From positions 171,834-235,833 of IMG/VR virus record IMGVR_UViG_3300024259_000010: a stretch of DNA of 64,000 nucleotides; one strand, written 5' to 3'. How positions within the stretch are numbered: the first letter of the stretch is position 1; each line of letters begins with the position of its first letter. The position numbers and the translations under genes are program-made. Of the stretch, positions 39,123 to 48,945 are shown piece after piece. The notes below the pieces were generated by a model. It did no database searches, was not told the origin of the DNA, and saw only the letters and a list, made by a program, of their open reading frames with translations.

Positions 39123-41003
39123 ATGAATAGACAAATAATAACAACTGCTATGTTATCCAATATGGAATACTTAGTGGAAAATGTTAGCAAGCCTAATGTT
39201 ATGATTGACCTACAGTTGGATGATGGTAATAAAATAAAACTATCATCTACTAATGCTATACTACATGGTATTTTATGGATACCTTATTATAGACTAGGTC
39301 GTAATATAACTATTAATGAAATATACCCAATCAAGAACGTGACACCAGAAACGGTCAGTGAAGTACAAACTATTCAATATAGGCATTTGATGGAAGAAGT
39401 CGATATGCCTTACATGGACATTGTGAAGTTATTATGGGATACTGTGATAACCTTATATAAATTCGTTCATGCAAACTTGGGTGAGTACTCCAGATCTATT
39501 AGTTTAATGTCACTAATTCATGTAACTGATAACCCAGCTGTTAAGAAGATTATTGAAACTGACATACCGAGTGAACTTGGTACTAAGGTGGCAGAGATTC
39601 GATTCAATGAGTTATCTAAAGAATTACTTGATGTACTTGAAGACCCTAAAGCAATACCTAATAATCCCATGTTACCATTCATGGATTCAGGTGTGTTTAA
39701 TCGTAATCAGCTACCACAGTTAATGATGGCATATGGAGCACGGTCAGATCTAGATGATCAGATGCAGAAACATGTCATTAATGAATCATCACTGAGTGGA
39801 TTGAAAACAGTCAAAGATTATGCGACAGAAGCATTGAGTGCTAAGAAAACATCATTCTACTTGAAAGATGTTATTAGCAAGACTCAGTACTTTGCTCGTG
39901 TACTTCGATTGAATAATATGCAATTCAGAAAGAAGTATAAAGGTGATTGTGGTAGTACATATGTGGCTCCAATAACAATAGCTACAGGTACTGGTAAGAA
40001 CTTTGTTGATAAAGTGGTGTTCCACCATGGTAAGAAAGTAATCATAACTAAGAATAACTATAAAGAACTAGAGGGACATCGTGTTGAAATGATATCACCT
40101 CTTGGTTGTAAATATCATGATGGTATTTGTGAAAGATGTGCAGGGCGTGCTACAACTAAGCCTTGGGCATTTATGCCAGATATTCATCTAGGTAATTATT
40201 CTAAGTCGAAGCTATGTGCTAAAATATCGCAGAAGGTATTGAGTGCAAAGCATCTTATCAAAACAACTTCAATTGAACCTAAGTTATTTGATTGTGCAAA
40301 ACGATATCTATGTAAGAAATCTGGCAGTACGAATATTATATTCTGTAAAACTGTTAATAGAAGTCTTAAGAATATCGCAGTCGTAGTTCCATATGAAAGT
40401 ATGAAACATATCGGTGATTTGCATTATGGTCAAACTGCTGAGAGCTTTAGTCTGTTGGAACAGATTGCATTTAAGAATACTGCAACTGAACAAATGGATG
40501 AGATTAAGCTTGGTGAACCACAGTTCATGCTGCACTTCTCAGAAGAAATGTTAGAACATATCAAAACTGTATATCCAGATATCGAATTGGTAGATGGTAA
40601 TTATGAGATTCCTATGAAAGGATTTAAAGCAAGTGATCCGTTCATTTCTTATGTCGTAATTAATGATGATATGGTAGCATTCTCTGATCGTGTGAAGAAC
40701 ATGATTAGTAACAACATGGCAAGTTATAATTCAGCATCATCTGCATTGATTGATCTGGCTAATATCATCTATACTAAGACAAACCTAAATATATTCTTTA
40801 TTGAATTAGTAGTTAAGTCTTTGATGAGTAGACCTATCACATGTGATACAGATGTAGACTTCTCGAAATTACGTGAAGGAATCATTGACTCAAGTGTTGC
40901 ATCTAAATTAGCACATGAAGATATTCGTAGATACTTACAACAAGCATCTACTTGTGTCGTTCCAAAAGGTGATAGTCCTATTGACATCTTCTTTGGGTTC
41001 TAA
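39123..41003 (+). CDS. Non-virion RNA polymerase beta' subunit, C-terminal part (phiKZ gp74-like)
   Basis: QLPQLMMAYGARSD, bridge-helix-like ALSAKK...TQYFAR, Zn site DCGS...SPLGC...GICERCAG and trigger-loop-like SQKVLSAKH. Confidence 0.85.
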   Translation: MNRQIITTAMLSNMEYLVENVSKPNVMIDLQLDDGNKIKLSSTNAILHGILWIPYYRLGRNITINEIYPIKNVTPETVSEVQTIQYRHLMEEVDMPYMDIVKLLWDTVITLYKFVHANLGEYSRSISLMSLIHVTDNPAVKKIIETDIPSELGTKVAEIRFNELSKELLDVLEDPKAIPNNPMLPFMDSGVFNRNQLPQLMMAYGARSDLDDQMQKHVINESSLSGLKTVKDYATEALSAKKTSFYLKDVISKTQYFARVLRLNNMQFRKKYKGDCGSTYVAPITIATGTGKNFVDKVVFHHGKKVIITKNNYKELEGHRVEMISPLGCKYHDGICERCAGRATTKPWAFMPDIHLGNYSKSKLCAKISQKVLSAKHLIKTTSIEPKLFDCAKRYLCKKSGSTNIIFCKTVNRSLKNIAVVVPYESMKHIGDLHYGQTAESFSLLEQIAFKNTATEQMDEIKLGEPQFMLHFSEEMLEHIKTVYPDIELVDGNYEIPMKGFKASDPFISYVVINDDMVAFSDRVKNMISNNMASYNSASSALIDLANIIYTKTNLNIFFIELVVKSLMSRPITCDTDVDFSKLREGIIDSSVASKLAHEDIRRYLQQASTCVVPKGDSPIDIFFGF

Positions 41004-41015
41004 AATATAAATTAG

Positions 41016-41055
41016 TATATAGCTAGGTCGTAATGACCTAGCTATATATTTTTTT
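41016..41055 (+). terminator. Intrinsic terminator
   Basis: TATATAGCTAGGTC-GTAAT-GACCTAGCTATATA plus T-tract. Confidence 0.88.
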
Positions 41056-41077
41056 GTAGTTCATATGTATATGGATA

Positions 41078-41085
41078 TATATTAC
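41078..41085 (+). promoter_or_regulatory. Early promoter TATATTAC
   Basis: Exact motif plus AAACTAATTTAAATAAAAGGA leader. Confidence 0.75.
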
Positions 41086-41122
41086 TCTTATGTATAAACT
41101 AATTTAAATAAAAGGAAATATA

Positions 41123-41632
41123 ATGAGATATCCAACAAATAAAAATAATGAGTTTAAAATACATCTCAAAGAACTTGGGTTTAAGTCATATAAAGATGTG
41201 GCATTAGCTGCAGGGACTACAGCACCATTGATCAAGGCTATTCTATCCATCGGTCCAAGTGATAGATTTGTGTTGAACCGAGCAGCACATGCATTAGCCA
41301 CGGTTGGTGTAGACATTAGCATCCTGGGTTATGAATCTCCTGAGAAATTGGAAGATATAGATGGGCTTATGTTTGATGCACCACAAAGCGATTACAACTT
41401 CTTCGATTCTATCTACGACAATGAACGTAGAGAAGTAGTCTTGGAAATGCTTGCAACTCTGACAGAGCGGAAGGCCGCGATCCTATATGACATATATTTT
41501 GAAGGTTCTACTTTTACCAGTATAGCCAGCAAGTACGGTGTCACAAAAAACAGGATAAAGCAAATCCACGACAGAGCTTTAAGGGCTATGCGGCACATAA
41601 CACGTGCAAGAATGTTACAGCAAGTTTATTAA
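41123..41632 (+). CDS. HTH protein with C-terminal sigma-70 region-4-like domain
   Basis: N-terminal XRE-like SYKDVALAAGTTAPLIKAIL. C-terminal LTERKAAILYDIYFEGSTFTSIASKYGVTKNRIKQIHDRALRAMR fits the sigma region-4 consensus. Confidence 0.72.
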   Translation: MRYPTNKNNEFKIHLKELGFKSYKDVALAAGTTAPLIKAILSIGPSDRFVLNRAAHALATVGVDISILGYESPEKLEDIDGLMFDAPQSDYNFFDSIYDNERREVVLEMLATLTERKAAILYDIYFEGSTFTSIASKYGVTKNRIKQIHDRALRAMRHITRARMLQQVY

Positions 41633-41645
41633 AAAGGAGAATAGA

Positions 41646-42062
41646 ATGAAGATTGTAAAAGACTCACATATGGATCACGGTCTGTGTGATGAAATAATTG
41701 CGGAGATCACGGAAAAGTTTGCAGACAAGGATGGTTTCTTTATTGAAACATTCGAAGCTGTATCAGGAGAAGCACCCTGTGGGCTCTACGGGCCTATTGT
41801 TGGTGATGCCCCGGTTGATGAGAGGGATGTGTATTATACCAAACGCGGGGATCGTGAATATGATTCACGTATGGTTAAACTCCCTATGCGTATGACCAAT
41901 ACAATTACAGTTATTGCAGGTCCTCATGAGGATGATGCATGTGTATTGTATACAGCGTATGCTGGACCTCAGGCTCCAATGGAACCAGGTGATCCGAAAC
42001 AGAATGCTGCTGAGGTTGAAGACAATAAAGTCTTCTGGGCTAAGCACGCACTCTGTGAATAA
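41646..42062 (+). CDS. Conserved uncharacterised phage protein
   Basis: Start at ATG 41646 behind AAGGAG; GLYGP..GDAPV...RG.R...SR.V...TVIAGP...LYTAY.GP.AP.EP pattern. Confidence 0.7.
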   Translation: MKIVKDSHMDHGLCDEIIAEITEKFADKDGFFIETFEAVSGEAPCGLYGPIVGDAPVDERDVYYTKRGDREYDSRMVKLPMRMTNTITVIAGPHEDDACVLYTAYAGPQAPMEPGDPKQNAAEVEDNKVFWAKHALCE

Positions 42063-42077
42063 TAACCCTTAACTAAA

Positions 42078-42102
42078 GAAAGAACCTTCGGGTTCTTTTT
42101 TT
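42078..42102 (+). terminator. Intrinsic terminator (UUCG loop)
   Basis: AAAGAACC-TTCG-GGTTCTTTTTTT. Confidence 0.88.
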
Positions 42103-42125
42103 TGAAGTTCAATATATTTCAGGTA

Positions 42126-42133
42126 TATATTAC
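42126..42133 (+). promoter_or_regulatory. Early promoter TATATTAC driving a tRNA-like RNA
   Basis: Exact motif 6 nt upstream of the tRNA-like element. Confidence 0.7.
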
Positions 42134-42138
42134 TTATA

Positions 42139-42210
42139 TGATAAGTAGCTCAGCAGGTCAGAGCATTCGGATCTCCGAAAGGTTACGGGTTCGAGTCCCG
42201 TCAATATCAA
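42139..42210 (+). ncRNA. tRNA-like RNA or tRNA pseudogene lacking a complete anticodon loop
   Basis: T8A9, D-arm GCTC-AGCAGGTCA-GAGC, anticodon stem TTCGG/CCGAA with only a 4-nt loop (ATCT), variable AGGTT, canonical T-arm ACGGG-TTCGAGT-CCCGT, imperfect acceptor stem TGATAAG/CAATATCA, no encoded CCA. Confidence 0.8.
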
Positions 42211-42245
42211 ACTACATTTTTTTGTATATCATTTATATTCAAGTA

Positions 42246-42253
42246 TATATTAC
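42246..42253 (+). promoter_or_regulatory. Early promoter TATATTAC
   Basis: Exact motif plus AAACTATTTTAAATAAAAAGGAG leader. Confidence 0.75.
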
Positions 42254-42293
42254 TTCAATAGATAAACTATTTTAAATAAAAAGGAGAAAAATT

Positions 42294-43097
42294 ATGGAAA
42301 ATGAAATTAAGATTGCAAATACCAATGTTGTGATAAATGATGATCATGTCCTGGTTGATATGAAAGATGGTACAAAATTGGTAGTGCCAAACACTATGTT
42401 GAATGAGAAGTTTCTATCATTAGAAACATTGACCGTAGTACCACACTTGTTTACTGCATCTAATGATTTTATTTTAGATGAAATCAATAATGACCCGAAG
42501 GCTGTCATATTTGCATGTAGAGATTTTATGCTAGACGACCTCATGGAAAGTGGTACGTTACCTACAATTATTGAAGTCAAGGAAGATGACGCAATTGTGG
42601 AAGCATTTAATGGTGTATTGAATCAGACTTTACCAGATTGGTGGAAATCAGATCATGATGATCATGGTCAATATCTTTCCGACACTGATGAGGTAAAGGA
42701 TTCTCTCACCGAGTACAATGGAACCGGGTTCGGATTATATGTTACATCATACATTGATGGATGTTGGAGATTCCGATTAAAACAGAATCATATTGAAAAA
42801 GATATATCTATTGCTCCAGATATTGAAGAACTTAGGACACTAGTTATAAGTGTTGCTAAGTTATTCGATATTGAGCTTGGTAATGTGTTTTCATGTGATG
42901 ATCCAAATCTAGTGGCATACGCTACTGCATACCTTAAGAGTTATATACCTATGGTGTATAAAGATAAGAATGTATTTGGTGGTGTTATGTGGGCATTGTT
43001 AAATCTCGATGCTTATGAAGTACAAACTGCATACCAACATATTGAATGTGATGGAGGAATGCCATTTAATGTATTGGCGTTTGATACTGATTATTAA
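42294..43097 (+). CDS. Acidic early hypothetical protein
   Basis: Early promoter and RBS; no recognised motif. Confidence 0.75.
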   Translation: MENEIKIANTNVVINDDHVLVDMKDGTKLVVPNTMLNEKFLSLETLTVVPHLFTASNDFILDEINNDPKAVIFACRDFMLDDLMESGTLPTIIEVKEDDAIVEAFNGVLNQTLPDWWKSDHDDHGQYLSDTDEVKDSLTEYNGTGFGLYVTSYIDGCWRFRLKQNHIEKDISIAPDIEELRTLVISVAKLFDIELGNVFSCDDPNLVAYATAYLKSYIPMVYKDKNVFGGVMWALLNLDAYEVQTAYQHIECDGGMPFNVLAFDTDY

Positions 43098-43114
43098 TCG
43101 ATCAGGTAAAAGAC

Positions 43115-43144
43115 CCCCTCTTAAATGAGGGGTTTCTTTTTTTT
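43115..43144 (+). terminator. Intrinsic terminator, duplicated at 45891
   Basis: CCCCTC-TTAAAT-GAGGGG plus TTTCTTTTTTTT. Confidence 0.8.
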
Positions 43145-43205
43145 CATTATACTTATAAACATATATTATTTACATAGTAATATCAATTTAACAAAAGGTG
43201 CAACT

Positions 43206-43700
43206 ATGAACAAAGAAGGATTATATGTTGTAATAAAAAGGTCTCAGAATAATAGTTTATATTTAAATTTATTTGAGTATGGAGAACCTTATTTTAATTT
43301 TACAATAAAGCCCGGTAGAGTTAATACTAGTATAATATTTAACATGTGTGATATTATCCCATATTCACATGATACTGATGCTATGATGTTTTTAACAGCT
43401 ATAGGTATGATGTACCATATAGCTAAAGAGTATACACATATCCTTATGGGATTAATAAACTATGAATCTAAAGATACTATATTATTTGGAATAGATGACT
43501 CAATTAAAACAGTGGCATTTAAATCTAATGATAGTTTTATTGATTCATTAATTATGTCTAATCTAATAGAAGACTATGTTCCAATATATCTAATAGGTAA
43601 TCATAAAGGGAATACGATATTTTATGAAAGCGGTATGCAATGTATATTTGAATCATATATCTATTCGGATAATCTACAAATATTTAATAATGTAAGATGA
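43206..43700 (+). CDS. Hypothetical protein
   Basis: Start moved to ATG 43206 behind AAAGGTG; TATATTAT promoter variant upstream. Confidence 0.6.
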   Translation: MNKEGLYVVIKRSQNNSLYLNLFEYGEPYFNFTIKPGRVNTSIIFNMCDIIPYSHDTDAMMFLTAIGMMYHIAKEYTHILMGLINYESKDTILFGIDDSIKTVAFKSNDSFIDSLIMSNLIEDYVPIYLIGNHKGNTIFYESGMQCIFESYIYSDNLQIFNNVR

Positions 43701-43778
43701 TTATTATATGAATAAAAATAAATAATCTGCAGGGTTTCTTGTGGAGAACTAGACAACCCTAACCTACAGGATTTTAAA

Positions 43779-45272
43779 ATGTCAACGAATGATAAATTAA
43801 TGATGATCGTAGAACCTACATGTATTCGATTACCTTATGGTAAATTAGATACATCTTGTAGATTCTATGCTAGACGAATATTGGAGGATTTCTGTAAAAA
43901 GAAATTGACTTCATTTGAATATGTGAAACGAGTTAATCGTTTTGTAAAAGATAAAGAGTACTTTAAACATGATGAGGTAGGAATGGTAATGCGAATACCA
44001 TCTGCCTTCATACATCAGTTGGAACAATTCTTAAGTGAACACTTTGTAATGTATCAGAAAGAGTTGGTCCGTACAATAGGCGACCGTGGTTTAACATGTG
44101 AACTCAATCCAGAGTTTACACCAAGGCCGATACAGAAGAAACCTATTGAATACTTATGTGATAAATCCACTAGCAAACGTGGTCTTGAATTACAGACAGG
44201 TAAAGGCAAGACATTTATTGCAACCCAGGTCATTAAACAACTTAATGAACCTACTATTATTGTGGTAGGAGGATTGATCCAACAGTGGTACCTTGAAGTA
44301 AAGAAGTTCCTAAAGATACCTGACAATAAAGTCTATGTAATTCAGGGTATTGGATCTATTAAAAAGTTATTTGATAATCCTAAACTTCAACCAGAAATTT
44401 TTATTTGCTCTGTAGGAACTATGCGTCCTTGGATCAAACAGAAAGAGAAGTATAAGCAATTCCCTACCTTCCAAGAATTTGTTGAGAAGTATGGGATAGG
44501 AACAAAGATTGTTGATGAGGCCCATTTATGTTTCCACGCATCTTGTATGATGGATCTATCAGGTGCTATCAACAACAACATTTATTTAACAGCTACCTTT
44601 GAATCAGCTAATCAATCAGTAAGACGTATCTTCACAACGTACTTCCCTAATCATATGATCTATGATGAAGTTGCTTATGATAAATACGCACATTCTACAT
44701 TCTATTTATATAACGGTTCTGTTCACGAAAGACGATGTCTTACCCATAAAGGTTATAGTCATCCTAAGTTTGAGGAACAGCTGTTACGTAATCCTAGATT
44801 GTTAATGGATTGGTTATGTCGTATTATTGAACCCTTGGCTAATATACATTACTTTAATAAAGGTGATAAGCTTAAGGGTAAGAAACTCATGATACTTTGT
44901 GCAAGAGCAGATATGGTCCATATGGTTGCACAGTTCTTTCATGATAGACATCCTGAGTATATAACATTATCTAAACTAGCGGATGATGATGAAGATGTAT
45001 ATGTTAAGGCTGACATTATCGTATCAACTGTTAAAGGATCTGGTACAGGTCGAGACATTAAGAACTTAGCTGTATTGATCAACACAATATCATTTAAAGC
45101 TATCACTACATCTAAGCAGGTCATTGGTCGTCTTAGAAAACTAGATGATGGTACACAAGTGGATTATGTTGATATGGTTGATATGAATATGTCAAGTCAT
45201 GTACGACACTTTAAAGACAGGTCTACTATTGTTAAAGATTGTAGTCTACAATATAAAGAATATAGATTATAA
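43779..45272 (+). CDS. Superfamily 2 helicase (phiKZ gp75-like)
   Basis: Walker A QTGKGKT, motif II VDEAH, motif III LTAT, STVKGSGTG.DI and motif VI QVIGRLR. Confidence 0.9.
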   Translation: MSTNDKLMMIVEPTCIRLPYGKLDTSCRFYARRILEDFCKKKLTSFEYVKRVNRFVKDKEYFKHDEVGMVMRIPSAFIHQLEQFLSEHFVMYQKELVRTIGDRGLTCELNPEFTPRPIQKKPIEYLCDKSTSKRGLELQTGKGKTFIATQVIKQLNEPTIIVVGGLIQQWYLEVKKFLKIPDNKVYVIQGIGSIKKLFDNPKLQPEIFICSVGTMRPWIKQKEKYKQFPTFQEFVEKYGIGTKIVDEAHLCFHASCMMDLSGAINNNIYLTATFESANQSVRRIFTTYFPNHMIYDEVAYDKYAHSTFYLYNGSVHERRCLTHKGYSHPKFEEQLLRNPRLLMDWLCRIIEPLANIHYFNKGDKLKGKKLMILCARADMVHMVAQFFHDRHPEYITLSKLADDDEDVYVKADIIVSTVKGSGTGRDIKNLAVLINTISFKAITTSKQVIGRLRKLDDGTQVDYVDMVDMNMSSHVRHFKDRSTIVKDCSLQYKEYRL

Positions 45273-45335
45273 ATCGAATAACATCTACCTTTCGGGGTAG
45301 ATGTTATTTTTTTGTAGTTCATTGTTTTATAGATA

Positions 45336-45343
45336 TATATTAC
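45336..45343 (+). promoter_or_regulatory. Early promoter TATATTAC
   Basis: Exact motif plus GTTAAACTGATTTAAATAAA leader, after the hairpin AACATCTACC-TTTCG-GGGTAGATGTT. Confidence 0.75.
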
Positions 45344-45384
45344 ATTAATAGTTAAACTGATTTAAATAAATAGAGGAGTATGAC

Positions 45385-45654
45385 ATGAAGACTATAAACA
45401 AATATCCAAATAGACCACTCCGTCCACGGAGTCGCCCAGTTATCGGCATACCAACTATCCATACAGCTGGATATAGAGAACCGATCGTGGATACTGAAGA
45501 GATTGAAGTTGAGACAGTTATTAAATCTCAGAAAAAAGCCGAGGATCATAAATCTATAAATGATTTGATAAATAGAGTACCGCAACTCGCGGAGATTTAT
45601 AAAGATCATCCAGATTTTCAAGATAATAAAACTATACAGTTGTTAAATAAATAA
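45385..45654 (+). CDS. Small early hypothetical protein
   Basis: GAGGAG RBS and early promoter. Confidence 0.7.
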   Translation: MKTINKYPNRPLRPRSRPVIGIPTIHTAGYREPIVDTEEIEVETVIKSQKKAEDHKSINDLINRVPQLAEIYKDHPDFQDNKTIQLLNK

Positions 45655-45666
45655 AGGATAAATATT

Positions 45667-45870
45667 ATGAATATCGTTTTGAATGCCATGAGAGCAAATA
45701 TCATACTACTACGTTTCATGTTTGTATGTAAAAATAGGTTCGCTATGTTAACTGAGATGATTAGTTATAAATATGACATGAGCATATTGAATATCAAGAT
45801 GTATTACTATAAATCTGTATCTTACATGTGTAATGTTAAACTTAACATACTCAATAGATTACATGATTGA
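45667..45870 (+). CDS. Small hypothetical protein
   Basis: AAAGGA RBS; ends before the duplicated terminator at 45891. Confidence 0.55.
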   Translation: MNIVLNAMRANIILLRFMFVCKNRFAMLTEMISYKYDMSILNIKMYYYKSVSYMCNVKLNILNRLHD

Positions 45871-45986
45871 TAGTAGTATTGAAAATCAATCCCCTCTTAA
45901 ATGAGGGGGTTTCTTTTTTTATTTACGAATCATGCTTATTCATCATGATATGTATATAAATTTATAAACAAAGTAAAGGACGTATT

Positions 45987-47540
45987 ATGCAGATCGCAAT
46001 TAATACAAATTATCATTTTGAATTTGATGATAGATTTTCTATTTTAAATAGTATCTATTTTGTCGAAAGAGTTTTGACTTATAATGATCTTGTCAATGAA
46101 GAGATCGATCTCTTTGAAGGATTATATGCTTTAATTGGTATGTCACAACCTACATATGAAAGTGAACTATCACGATATATTAACGATGTGTTCTATAAGC
46201 TTAGAGATTCGAATACTCATAAAGTACTATGGGTTCCAGAATCTATTATTCTAGGCTATCCTAATCCTAACGTATTTGAATACTCTAAAGTTCAACTACT
46301 TACTAACCTAGGAACATTTGATGACCCAGATACTTTACTAGCAATACAGAATATCATTGCAGATACTATTAAAGCTAACCTTGGATCTGGTCATGTGAAA
46401 TATCTACAGTTAGGAGTGGAACCGCCAACTACGATAACTTATGATGGTGATGACTATGCATTACAAACAGATCTGTTATTTAATGGTAAGCATTTTTGGA
46501 TAGTCGCTACAGATACTAATAAAAGTATTAGATGGGATATTGCTTCTAACAGATGGTTAGTTTTAAATAACGGTTTGTTACCAGCTAATCCAATTGTTAT
46601 AGCTAATACTCCAGATGCAGATGGCGATACGCATATCCCACGTAAGGATGTTGGTTGGACTAATAGTGAAACAATAGCTTATACTACTAACACTGTTGGA
46701 CCACTGGATAACTTGAAAATGTATAAGACTATTGAAGTAGTCACTACAGATATTCCTGATGTAGGAGATCCGTTCTACAAAGATCCAGTACATAAGAGTG
46801 TTGAAGATCCATCTGGTATATCCAAGAGTGGTAATTGGTACAATAAGCTTATTTCTGATAATGCAGGTGGATTTATTAGAGCAATTGGAACTGCATTAAC
46901 TGATAATAATTTAAAGGCTATTCATATTGCAGCTACAGAAGATCCTATACCTGATCCACTTTTAGCTGGAGAATTATCTAGTATAATATTCACACAAGAT
47001 ATTACTAAGGTTCTAACATTTGCTAATACAACTGGCGCTACTGATTACACTGTGTCTTATAATACTTCAGAGTTGCGTTGGGAAGTGAAAGATGATGTAA
47101 ATGTTGGTAATGATAAAATATTTATTAGTGATACAAAGCTTGGACCATATATAGATAGTGTCACACCAGATAGTGGTGAGGTCATTTCATTTGTAGATGC
47201 ATCCGATACTTCCGATGTTATATATTGGACTAAGTCTACTGATATTAGAAACCCAGTTGGTACTTATGTCTCACCTGGTAATGTCTTTGATCCAATCTGT
47301 GTATATGAAGTACACTCTATAGAACAAGTAGAACCACTGACTACCGTTTCAGTTTATGGGACGGAATGGATGACTCAAGATCAGTATGTAGAATATGCTT
47401 CTAGAAGAAGTAGAAATACTGAAGTATGGCTTAATCCAGCAATCGTTGATTATTTTACCAAATATACAGATGTTTCAAGGGAACTAGTTATTGCTAATGG
47501 TAGAATAGAAGCTTTAGAAGATAAACTATTTAATCCCTAA
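45987..47540 (+). CDS. phiKZ-like virion structural protein with a large central insertion
   Basis: N-terminal ~133 aa (IDLFEGLY..IGMS...Y, WVPESII..YP.PN..EY, NLG) and C-terminal ~69 aa resemble a short conserved phiKZ-type virion protein; preceded by the late-type leader at 45948-45968. Confidence 0.55.
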   Translation: MQIAINTNYHFEFDDRFSILNSIYFVERVLTYNDLVNEEIDLFEGLYALIGMSQPTYESELSRYINDVFYKLRDSNTHKVLWVPESIILGYPNPNVFEYSKVQLLTNLGTFDDPDTLLAIQNIIADTIKANLGSGHVKYLQLGVEPPTTITYDGDDYALQTDLLFNGKHFWIVATDTNKSIRWDIASNRWLVLNNGLLPANPIVIANTPDADGDTHIPRKDVGWTNSETIAYTTNTVGPLDNLKMYKTIEVVTTDIPDVGDPFYKDPVHKSVEDPSGISKSGNWYNKLISDNAGGFIRAIGTALTDNNLKAIHIAATEDPIPDPLLAGELSSIIFTQDITKVLTFANTTGATDYTVSYNTSELRWEVKDDVNVGNDKIFISDTKLGPYIDSVTPDSGEVISFVDASDTSDVIYWTKSTDIRNPVGTYVSPGNVFDPICVYEVHSIEQVEPLTTVSVYGTEWMTQDQYVEYASRRSRNTEVWLNPAIVDYFTKYTDVSRELVIANGRIEALEDKLFNP

Positions 47541-47546
47541 TATACC

Positions 47547-48935
47547 ATGAAAAAAACTAACAATAATTCAAATGAGACGCTCTCGTCTATGGAACACATT
47601 GTTGATAACCTTATGGCTGGTGGACGCAACACCACAGATACTATCTTAAAATCTGGAACATGTAGTGAAAAAATAGAATTAGATTTATCTGGAACAAATC
47701 CGAATAATAAAATCACAAATGAAATACATCATGTATCTAAAGATACAAACTCTAATATTATTAGACCTATGGCAGGATCTTTTTTTGGTAACACTCTATT
47801 AATAAACTACAGTGGTAGATTATTAGAAGAAGGTGTTGATTATATTTTAGGATGTGGTCAATGCAATATACTACCAGTTAAAGATTCAATCAATCCAATA
47901 TATGATTATATTTATTTATTGGAAGAACACTATAGATCTTTAGTATTATCATACCAAGCAGTAGGTGGAAACACCTCGCATGTTGATAGTGTGCGATGTA
48001 ATTGTAAAGCTAAGAATAAAAATGCTAGAGTATCTATGATTGAAAAACAATTATTAGGTCATGTAACTCTACCTATTCGAGGTGAAACTACTTCATCGCA
48101 GTGGTTCAACATTGCTGAGTTCGGCCTAGATAGTCAGATCTGTGGTAATTTTAATTTAAACATATACTCACCTATCTACGGATGGGGTTATCATATAGCT
48201 ATAGCAATTAATATATTGAGCTATAATAAAATGAGTGTTGTTGTCATAAATGAAAACCCTAAGCATAATGTATTCAATATTGATAACTATAAGTCTTTTA
48301 AGCATATTAATAATAACCTAGTTAAACTACGGTTAGTATGGAATGGTAAATATGAAGACGGTAAATATAATGAATATAGTGGATGCGTATTACAACTAGG
48401 ATATAGTAATGGTGAATTTGAGACTGATAATATCAATGTAGAATTATCTTCATTTACAAATAAGCTATCATTATTACCAGTCTGTTATGACACTACTCCT
48501 TTAACGTATTGTGATAAAGTCATTTTGCCTACAGGTGATGTATGGAATTATAAACAGGAAGATTCACATCATGTATATAGTACATTATGTGGTAAATCTG
48601 GATATGATATGTGGATAGGTGATTACTCTTTAAATGACATACCAAAGATGTCTACTAATCTAGATACTTCATTAGCTGATAGTAATAGAATAAAATTAGA
48701 AATGGTATCTAAAGTATATGTAGTCATGTACGATAGAGAAGGTAATCATTATAAGAGTCATTCAAATGATCATTTTGGTATTGATATTTTATGTGGTGAA
48801 ATTAATATACCTGGTGATATAACAGTAATATATATAATTACTAATAGTAATGGTAAGCTTGCATTAGCCGTATCTGTTGATGGCGATACATCGGATGATA
48901 GATACACATTAAAGAAAATATCTTTAAAATTTTAA
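47547..48935 (+). CDS. Baseplate/tail-fibre family protein (phiKZ gp131-135-type N-terminal domain)
   Basis: LDLSGTNPNNKITNEIH...IRPMAGSFF...LEEGVDY...PIYDYI...SYQAVGG. Confidence 0.65.
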   Translation: MKKTNNNSNETLSSMEHIVDNLMAGGRNTTDTILKSGTCSEKIELDLSGTNPNNKITNEIHHVSKDTNSNIIRPMAGSFFGNTLLINYSGRLLEEGVDYILGCGQCNILPVKDSINPIYDYIYLLEEHYRSLVLSYQAVGGNTSHVDSVRCNCKAKNKNARVSMIEKQLLGHVTLPIRGETTSSQWFNIAEFGLDSQICGNFNLNIYSPIYGWGYHIAIAINILSYNKMSVVVINENPKHNVFNIDNYKSFKHINNNLVKLRLVWNGKYEDGKYNEYSGCVLQLGYSNGEFETDNINVELSSFTNKLSLLPVCYDTTPLTYCDKVILPTGDVWNYKQEDSHHVYSTLCGKSGYDMWIGDYSLNDIPKMSTNLDTSLADSNRIKLEMVSKVYVVMYDREGNHYKSHSNDHFGIDILCGEINIPGDITVIYIITNSNGKLALAVSVDGDTSDDRYTLKKISLKF

Positions 48936-48945
48936 AGGAAATCAC

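Noticed and set aside
42139-42210. Functional decoding tRNA
   Set aside because: The 4-nt anticodon loop and mismatched acceptor stem mean no anticodon can be assigned.
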